From Octopus sinensis (taxonomy: Eukaryota): a stretch of DNA of 11,711 nt. The stretch lies in contig NW_021827083.1 in assembly GCF_006345805.1 (NCBI RefSeq), forward strand, positions 1 to 11,711. The letters are read 5' to 3'. The position numbers and the translations under genes are program-made. The notes under the pieces were generated by a model. It had not been told where the DNA came from. It saw only the letters and a list, made by a program, of their open reading frames with translations, and searched no databases. Below, piece after piece: positions 1 through 6,825 of this stretch. How positions within the stretch are numbered: position 1 is the first letter of the stretch; the number at the start of each line of letters is the position of its first letter.

Positions 1-721
1 TATTACAGTCGAAAAAAGAAAATTTGGACCTCTGTATTCAATAAAACAGTGGCCCACAATGTGTTTGCAGTGTCTGTACTCATGCCAACATTTGGGCTGC
101 TTGATTGGACACTTGATGAGATCCGAGCCATTGAGGTGAAAACCCCAAAAATACTAACAAGCACACATAATTTCCGCATAAACAGTGACGTAGACCGCCT
201 CTACCTGAAACGAAAACAAGGCAGCAGAAGCTTGACATTGATCCAAAATGCCTTTGAGTGTCGTATCATATCCCTTTGGCAACATCTTTAAACCACCAAG
301 TCTCGAAGTGCATCCCTTGACCAAGTTTGCATACATGAAGCTGATAACTTAATAAGAATTGGAAGGCAGCTCCTTGAGCAACTCTCTTTGTCTAATAACC
401 TAGAATACATGCCCAAAGAAGTTGCATGACTCTACCACAACGTAAGAATGAGACTACATGAGCAGAAGACATTGCATGGATATGTTAGTAGAAAGCTCCG
501 TGATGATAGTGACATCGATATCAAATTGGTTTATCATGGACCAATAGCCGGATTACTACTTCCAACTTCGAAGGGTATACGTTTACAATCGGGAACAGGA
601 AATATCGACCAAGTACCTGATGTACAAAAGGGATAGAGATGCAGGAAATGCAGTAAAATGTGACAGCCGATGCAGAATTTGTGGAGTTCACACTGAAGAT
701 ATCACCCACATCATAAGCTCA
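1..721 (+). mobile_element. Decayed R2-superfamily (R4/Dong-like, restriction-like endonuclease) non-LTR retrotransposon: post-RT region through the CCHC zinc knuckle; runs off the left edge
   Basis: Frame from base 1 reads ...NKTVAHNVFAVSVLMPTFGLLDWTLDEIRAIEVKTPKILTSTHNFRINSDVDRLYLKRKQGSRSL, matching the R4/Dong-type 'D(V/I)DRLYxxRxxGGRGL' block. After stops and frameshifts it reads KTLHGY...LSWTNSRITTSNFEGYTFTI / EQEISTKYLMYKRDRDAGNAVKCDSRCRICGVHTEDITHIISS, i.e. C-x2-C-x8-H-x4-(C) at 671-721. Family assignment is from motif recall. Confidence 0.85.
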
Positions 722-744
722 CCGCATGCAAGGGATAATTTATC

Positions 745-909
745 ATATCGACCCCCCCCCAGTCTTCGACTTGTACTTATTTCATCAATCTCGAAACGAT
801 GAAAGGTAAAGTCGACCTCGGCGGAATTTGAACTCAGAACGTAAAGATGGACGATATGTTGGCGAGCATCTTTTCCGGATTGCTAACGATTCTGCTAGCT
901 CACCGCCTT
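745..909 (-). mobile_element. tRNA-derived SINE, family 1 (head plus central domain)
   Basis: Minus strand reads aaggcggtgagctagcagaatcgttagc...gagttcaaattccgccgaggtcgactttacctttcatcg. It has an A-box-like start and a B box (GTTCAAATTCC, within 820-835). Homologous copies at 7661-7759 and 7769-7989. Confidence 0.85.
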
Positions 910-1081
910 GCATCGCTCTAATTTTACAGTAAATACCGCTACGGTATTTTCATTGCTGGCAATTATTATTGCAAGGTTATCTGTTACTTTACAAGTTATC
1001 ACATTATTGCTAAAGTTATCATCGTTATTTAAAGTTGGGGCTATTGTTTTACGTACGCACCCCACCAATATATATTAGAGA

Positions 1082-1145
1082 CAGGTATTTTCTGTATAGA
1101 ATACACTTCGTAGTACTCAAGAGATTTGAACTTGAGCTGGTAGAG
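1082..1145. repeat. 64-bp dispersed repeat, copy A (copy B at 2158-2221)
   Basis: Ungapped alignment to 2158-2221 with 9 mismatches in 64 nt (manual count). Confidence 0.85.
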
Positions 1146-1234
1146 GAGTAAATGTAAGGGCAAGAAAGTTAGCCAAGTCAATATACGAAAGATATTAAAT
1201 ACCTTTAATACAAAAACAAAAAAGAACATATAAA

Positions 1235-1640
1235 GAAGGAATTGTGTCAAAGTTTGGCATTGAAAGCTACATCAATGCCAGAACGGGACGACACTGCATA
1301 GTGCCAAAGATCCCAGCAACGCCATCGCACTTCAGGACCAGTTACTGCAACAGCCTGGGTTTCCATGGCACACAGCTTTTTAATATTCTCCCAAAGAGCC
1401 TGAGGAGCCTGCACAAAGTAGATGTAGGCGTTTTTAAATCAAAGCTGGACCTCTTCCTGTTGAGAGTCCCAGATGAAACTATATCAAAGCAAGAGGTGTA
1501 AATGAGGGTAACTACATCAAACTCCATTCTTCAGCAAGTGCGACATATTGGAGGAGGCTTTCAGAAATAACAGTGTGGCAAAACGGCGATGCATCAGCAT
1601 GGCCGCAGCTCTGAGCTGAAACTACAGAGAAAAAAAAAGA
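1235..1640 (+). mobile_element. 5'-truncated 3' end of a LINE (probably APE-type, CR1/L2/Jockey group; clade not assigned): ORF2 C-terminus, 3' UTR and A-rich tail
   Basis: EGIVSKFGIESYINARTGRHCIVPKIP...NSLGFHGTQLFNILPKSLR...FKSKLDLFLLRVPDE...*MRVTTSNSILQQV...GGGFQK*. The 'LFNxLP...FKxxLDxFLxxxPD' pattern is typical of LINE ORF2 C-termini. Premature TAA at 1499-1501, probable true stop at 1568-1570, A-rich tail from ~1627. Confidence 0.75.
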
Positions 1641-1903
1641 AAAAATATGTATACATATGAAAAAATCCGAATTATAAAAAAATAGAAGTGATATCAAGAA
1701 TTAAAAGGATTGAATAAGTGTTTTACGGACCCAATAGCTGTTTTTTGTGGTCCAAAATAATGATTGTAACTTGATTCTATCATCAGATAATACTAGCCAC
1801 CATCTTCAGGGAAGAAGTTTACATTTGAGGTTGACACTTTTTATATTAAATGTATTTAATATTTTTTTGTATATCGACTTGCCTAACTTGCTTCTCCTTA
1901 CAG

Positions 1904-1995
1904 CTATATATATATAGAGTCTCCCAGTCTGCTGCTAGTGATAGCTATGATGTACTTTTATGCACCAAAATACCATATAAAGGTTTTGTCTCATG
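1904..1995 (+). other. Candidate spliced exon of an unidentified host gene
   Basis: Branch-point-like CTAAC (1883-1887), pyrimidine tract and CAG (1901-1903); possible donor ATG|GTAAAA at 1996. Two frames are open (YIYIESPSLLLVIAMMYFYAPKYHIKVLSH or LYIYRVSQSAASDSYDVLLCTKIPYKGFVS). No homology recognised. Confidence 0.25.
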
Positions 1996-2098
1996 GTAAA
2001 AAGCACTGTATTTGTGTGTTCCAAAGCAACATTCACTTTTGAGTGGTGAATATTTTATGTTTTCGTATTAATGCTGCTGCTTTCGCTCCCTCTTTGCT

Positions 2099-2106
<8 letters not shown>

Positions 2107-2142
<36 letters not shown>
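2107..2142. repeat. (TA)n microsatellite
   Basis: 18 perfect TA units. Confidence 0.97.
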
Positions 2143-2145
<3 letters not shown>

Positions 2146-2157
2146 ATAGATAAGAAT

Positions 2158-2221
2158 CAGATATTCTTTGTATAGAATACATTTCGTAGTGCTCAAGAGA
2201 TTTAAAATTGAGCGGGTATAG
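2158..2221. repeat. 64-bp dispersed repeat, copy B
   Basis: About 86% identical to 1082-1145, same orientation. Confidence 0.85.
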
Positions 2222-2240
2222 ATGTATCCCTACATTTACT

Positions 2241-2282
2241 TTTATATATATATATACGCGTACATACATACATACATACGCG

Positions 2283-2328
<46 letters not shown>

Positions 2329-2339
2329 CATACATACAT

Positions 2340-2376
<37 letters not shown>

Positions 2377-2455
2377 TGCACACTTACATATAGCTTCAAT
2401 GAAGCCTGCAAAACCTTCAGCCGCACGGAGCCGAATCAAACTGTTTTAAATAATA

Positions 2456-2492
<37 letters not shown>

Positions 2493-2556
2493 CATACATA
2501 TAATATATACATACATACATACATACATACATACATACATACATTATATATATATG

Positions 2557-2639
<83 letters not shown>

Positions 2640-2795
2640 ATTCATATACATGGATGGTGTGGGTGTGCATTTACAGAGCAAATAAATCGTATATCAACCA
2701 ATGAAAAAGAAATTCAAAACCCACACATAAATTATCAATTTTAAATTTACTCACCACACCACACACAAACACGCAGGCATATGCATGAATATATG
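2241..2795. repeat. Tandem duplication unit 1 (~555 bp): (TACA)n/(TAGA)n/(CA)n, unique island, (TA)n, unique island
   Basis: tttatatatatatatacgcgtac starts at 2241 and 2796. The unique islands 2376-2460 and ~2630-2795 recur at 2931-3013 and ~3185-3353. Confidence 0.95.
2388..2440 (-). other. Candidate 53/54-nt micro-exon, duplicated at 2943-2996
   Basis: GC-rich island inside microsatellite, flanked on the minus strand by ...ttatttaaaaCAG| (2441) and |GTAAGT (2387-2382). The only open frame is [17 protein letters not shown]. The 54-nt second copy reads [18 protein letters not shown] but lacks the acceptor AG. Confidence 0.45.
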
Positions 2796-2837
2796 TTTAT
2801 ATATATATATACGCGTACATACATACATACATACGCT

Positions 2838-2883
<46 letters not shown>

Positions 2884-2894
2884 CATACATACAT

Positions 2895-2931
<37 letters not shown>

Positions 2932-3353
2932 TGCACACTTACATATAGCTTCAATGAAGCCTGCAAAACCTTCAGCCGCACGGAGCCGAATTCAAATGTT
3001 TTAATAATAGAATTATATAATATAATATATATATATATATACATACATACATATATATTCTATCATACATACATACATACTACATACATACCATACATAT
3101 ATATATATATGATATTATATATATTATATATATATATGTATATATATAATATATATATATATATGTATATATTATATCTATATATATGTATGTATATTCT
3201 ATATACATGGATGTGTGTGGGTGTGCATTTACAGAGCAAATAAATCGTATTATCAACCAATGAAAAAGAAAATCAAAACCCACACATAAATTATCAATTT
3301 TAATTTACTCACACACACACACACAAACACGCAGGCATATGCATGAATATATG
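2796..3353. repeat. Tandem duplication unit 2 (~558 bp)
   Basis: Same order of blocks as 2241-2795; differences in the unique blocks are mostly 1-nt indels. Confidence 0.95.
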
Positions 3354-3617
3354 TTTATATATATATATATATATATATACACTCACGAAGCAGAAGTATT
3401 TATATAAAAAAAATAGTCCCAAATTCAAAGTATACGCAATATAAAACACAGCACACAAAGTAGTTATTTTAAATTGGAAAAAAAAAAACGAATACGGAAG
3501 AACCATTCTTAGAAGAAAAGTCAGAAAATGAACAATGTCTCTTAAACAATCCAATATTTTTGCGATTTTGATATTTACTGACGATATGTTGAATTTTCGC
3601 TACATTATCTCCTATAG

Positions 3618-3657
<40 letters not shown>

Positions 3658-3659
3658 TA

Positions 3660-3698
<39 letters not shown>
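3618..3698. repeat. (ATT)n microsatellite
   Basis: About 26 units with one register slip near 3655. Confidence 0.97.
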
Positions 3699-4099
3699 CA
3701 CTCTTACTATTTCACGTGTGATGTAAAATTCCTGCACCTGCGATATACATTCAGTTTATTTTTTAAAAATATTTTTTATTAGCTTATTGTACCTTTTCTT
3801 CTCTCCCCACAACAGATTTAAAAAAAAATATTTCTAAATAGCAAGATGGAGTCTCTTTCTCTCTCTCCCTGTTTTTTTAAATTTTCGTTTTTACCTGTTT
3901 TGGCTTTTTACGACTTCTTTTTATTGTTAATAAAACGCATCGTATTTTCTCTACGAAAAATAATAACAAAAAAAAAAAAGGGGAAAAAATCACAGAAATT
4001 CTTTTAAAAATTCTAGAATGTTTCGCGATGTGTTTTTTACGCTACGGACAAAAAGTAATACAAATCGATGTTTACCTCTGAAGTAACCTTTTTGTATTT

Positions 4100-4270
4100 T
4101 GTTTCAGTTATTGTATTGTGGTCATGCTGGAGCACACCATCAACTTATTGTTCTGAAAATCCCTGGTTCTTATTCTATCGCTAATTTACGGGGGGCATAA
4201 AAAACCTAACCCCGGTTGTCGATTGTCCAGCTGTGGATTGAGAGGGAAATAGTGAACCAAAGACACACAC
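4100..4270 (-). mobile_element. Old, degenerate 3' fragment of the CORE-type SINE
   Basis: tgtttcagttattgtattgtggtcatgctggagcac...cttattctatcgctaatttacgggggcataaa...ccggttgtc aligns with gaps to the tail of the young copy at 9990-10190. Confidence 0.7.
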
Positions 4271-4421
4271 ACGCCCGCACACACACTCACATATACCCTT
4301 ACACACACACACACAGATGCACACACATACACACACTAATTCTCGAGGCAGATAAGATGAAAAGAAGCTATTTCTGATTAGTTATAGGCAAAATAAACTA
4401 TATCAGACTAACGGCTACGGA

Positions 4422-4510
<89 letters not shown>

Positions 4511-4556
4511 CCTACCTACCTACCTACCTCTACCTATCTATCTATCTATCTATCTA

Positions 4557-4626
<70 letters not shown>

Positions 4627-4635
4627 CCTACCTAC

Positions 4636-4686
<51 letters not shown>
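4422..4686. repeat. (TATC)n tetranucleotide microsatellite with (TACC)n patches
   Basis: Direct inspection; about 265 bp. Confidence 0.97.
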
Positions 4687-4687
<1 letters not shown>

Positions 4688-4913
4688 AATATTATATATA
4701 TATTTACCGTCTAAAATCGACGGATGAGTTGTCCGCAGGGGAATTTAGCTGGTGTTTTGGTGGCAGTGGGTTCGACTCCCATATCTGCATGTTGACAATG
4801 TTACCCCCCCCCCCAGCTTGTAAGATAATTTACTTATTCTTTCCGCTGTTTTAAAGGCAGTTAAGTGTTCGAAAAAGTATCGCTTCTTTTTTGTATCGTA
4901 CAATATATATATA

Positions 4914-5532
4914 CAGAGTTGGCCAAAAGTCACCCGACAGTAAATCAAAATTCTATCTGTAAATACTATTTGTAATTTTGTATTGACTCGAATGGAAAGA
5001 CGTGTCGCTCAAGAAGGACTTCAGTTTGAACAATTTTCATGATGTTTCATATTTAGATGTTTTTATTAAATTCATTCAGTTGTTAAACATAAATAGATAG
5101 GCGCAGTAGTGGTTTGCTTACCGACCACATGGTTCCAGGTTCAGTCCCACTGCATGGCACCTTGGGCAAGTGTCTTCTACTATAGCCTCGGGTCGACCAA
5201 AGCCTTATTAGTGGATTTGGTAGACGGAAACTGAAAGAAGCCCATCGCATATATATATATATATGTTTATGTGTCTATGTTTGTCCCCCAACATCTCTTG
5301 ACAACCGATGTTGGAATGCTTATGTCCCCAAAACTTGGCAGTTCGGTAAAAAAACCCCGATAGAATAAGTACTAGACTTACAAAGAATAAGTTTTGGGGT
5401 CGATTTGTTTGACTAAAGGTGGTGCTCTAGCATGACCGCTGTCAAATGACTGAAACAAATAATAGAATAAAAGAATAAATCTTGGAATTAAATGGCTTTG
5501 AATTACTGTCAAGTGATTTTTGGCCGACCCTG
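4914..5532. mobile_element. Tc1/mariner-superfamily MITE with 36-bp TIRs and TA target duplication, interrupted by a SINE
   Basis: Left TIR 4914-4949 cagagttggccaaaagtcacccgacagtaaatcaaa versus reverse complement of right TIR 5497-5532 cagggtcggccaaaaatcacttgacagtaattcaaa (30/36 identical). TA on both flanks (4912-13, 5533-34). No coding capacity; ~235 bp without the SINE. Confidence 0.85.
5099..5480 (+). mobile_element. CORE-type tRNA SINE nested in the MITE
   Basis: Head ggcgcag... (A-box region shortened), B box ggttcagtccc, CORE-like ccttgggcaagtgtcttctactatagcc, internal (TA)n, tail ...ctagcatgaccgctgtcaaatgactgaaac plus A-rich end. Confidence 0.9.
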
Positions 5533-5701
5533 TATATATATATCATACCTTAATAATATGTGAAATAATATCTCTGTTGACAGGTAGCTGTTAGCACCAA
5601 CAATATGCAAGCCAGTAGTTTCAGTTCTCCGAAGCTACTGGATTTGTTGTGAATAGAAACAGGTTGGCTAGTTGTTTCTCTGGGACTGATCAAGGGATGT
5701 A

Positions 5702-5751
5702 AACACCTCTGATGAGAGCTCAATAAGTTTCGAAAATCGAATAACGCTGTT
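5702..5751 (+). ncRNA. Degenerate minimal type I hammerhead ribozyme-like motif (probably an inactive remnant)
   Basis: CTGATGA (5709-5715), G5716...C5731 closing stem II, GAAA (5732-5735), near-palindromic aatcgaat (5735-5742), candidate cleavage triplet ATA (5741-5743), and imperfect stem I (5702-5708 with 5744-5751). Confidence 0.5.
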
Positions 5752-5860
5752 CATCACTTTTTCGAGCTACAGAGAAATTGTTAAATAAGATATTTATTTG
5801 TATGTCTACAACGTAACTTTTACAAACATTTCGTAGTCAGTGAAAAGGAATGGGTGTAAT

Positions 5861-6304
5861 CGCTTTCTGGAAATCCATTTCTCGCTGCCACATGATAATC
5901 AAATGACCTTGCTTCTGAGCCGATCCCACGGCATACGCATTCAGGCAACCGATTCTCAGCATTAGCATGCTGGGCGATGAATAAATGGAAGTACTCACTT
6001 ACCTTCGTTTCAGGCCCATCAGGTTATCCAGTTTTCGAGAGTTCCCCAAAGGTAGTTTTAAACTCGAAATCCTCCTCGTCGCTTGGGGATCTCAACAATA
6101 AGTATTTATAGATCTCTGGGGTATTTCCTCACGAAACCTCCATCGATTGTCACTTTTTAAAGGAGTTGCTTGATACCCACGTCCTCCGTATGTCTTTGTC
6201 GTTTCGTATATTTTATACTTTAAGTCAACGTTAACCTTTCCGTGAAAAGTGAAGCACTGAAGTGGGTCTGTGTTACTGTATTTGTTGTTGTTATTGTTGT
6301 TGCG
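5861..6304. promoter_or_regulatory. CpG-enriched unique island with divergent consensus 5' splice sites (possible promoter or exon region)
   Basis: 20 CpG in 5861-6245 versus 4 in 1681-2100 (manual counts). AAG|GTAAGT on the minus strand (intron would start at 6002) and GCG|GTAAGT on the plus strand (6305). Confidence 0.35.
6225..6304 (+). other. Candidate 80-nt exon encoding a hydrophobic, possibly transmembrane segment
   Basis: Acceptor ...tattttatacttTAAG| (6224) and donor |GTAAGT (6305). Phase-1 frame reads NVNLSVKSEALKWVCVTVFVVVIVVA. Part of the hydrophobicity comes from a (GTT)n run. Confidence 0.35.
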
Positions 6305-6381
6305 GTAAGTGTTTTTCATGTTATTATTTGTCCTAATCTGTATGTTCGTTGCTATATTTCTTTTTATCTTTATATTATAAC

Positions 6382-6596
6382 TGTTTCAGACACCTGGCTG
6401 CGGCTATGCTGGGGGTACCGCCTTGAAGAATTGTTAGTCGAACGAATCGACCCCGGTACCTATTTTCGTTTAAGCCTGGCACTTATTTTGTCGGCCCTCT
6501 TTTGCCAGACCTCTAAGGTATGAGGCTGTAAACATACCAACACAGGTTGTCAAGCGGTAGTGGAAGACAAACAAAGACACACACACACACACACGC

Positions 6597-6631
<35 letters not shown>

Positions 6632-6800
6632 ATATGAAACATGCTTCTTTCAACTTCCGTCTACCAAATCCACTCACAAGGCTTTGATCGGCTCGAGGCT
6701 ATAGTAGAAGACACTTGCCCAAGATGCCATGTACCAGGACTGAACCCGGAATCATGTGGTAGGTAAGCAAAATACTTACCGCACAGCCGCGTCTGCACCT
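6382..6800 (-). mobile_element. CORE-type tRNA SINE (variant tail)
   Basis: Reverse complement reads aggtgcagacgcggctgtgcggtaag...gggttcagtcc...cttgggcaagtgtcttctactatagcc...(TA)n(TG)n...ctgaaaca. Confidence 0.9.
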
Positions 6801-6825
6801 ATGGTTACTAGTTTTCTTATTTTAT

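Noticed and set aside
975-1036. Recurrent aagttatc-like motif every ~15-20 bp
   Set aside because: Degenerate, irregularly spaced low-complexity sequence; not a CRISPR-like or binding-site array.
1725-1786. Minus-strand CTGATGA followed ~35 nt later by aaacagct
   Set aside because: No purine after the core, no CGAAA, and no stem I or II pairing; too degenerate to call a hammerhead.
2144-3283. Many 65-97 aa ORFs (MCMCVCV..., YIYIYI...)
   Set aside because: Translations of (TA)n, (TACA)n, (TAGA)n and (CA)n repeats, which lack stops in some frames.
3387-3507. Minus-strand candidate exon (TAAG acceptor, GTGAGT donor; MVLPYSFFFFQFKITTLCAVFYIAYTLNLGLFFLYKYFCF)
   Set aside because: Very AT-rich with poly-T runs, the donor abuts a microsatellite where GTGAGT arises easily, and I recognise no homology; kept only as a weak possibility.
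3790-3935. Strong plus-strand pyrimidine tract and CAG (3813-3815) with a downstream AATAAA
   Set aside because: All frames stop within ~30 nt; such tracts and AATAAA are common in this base composition.
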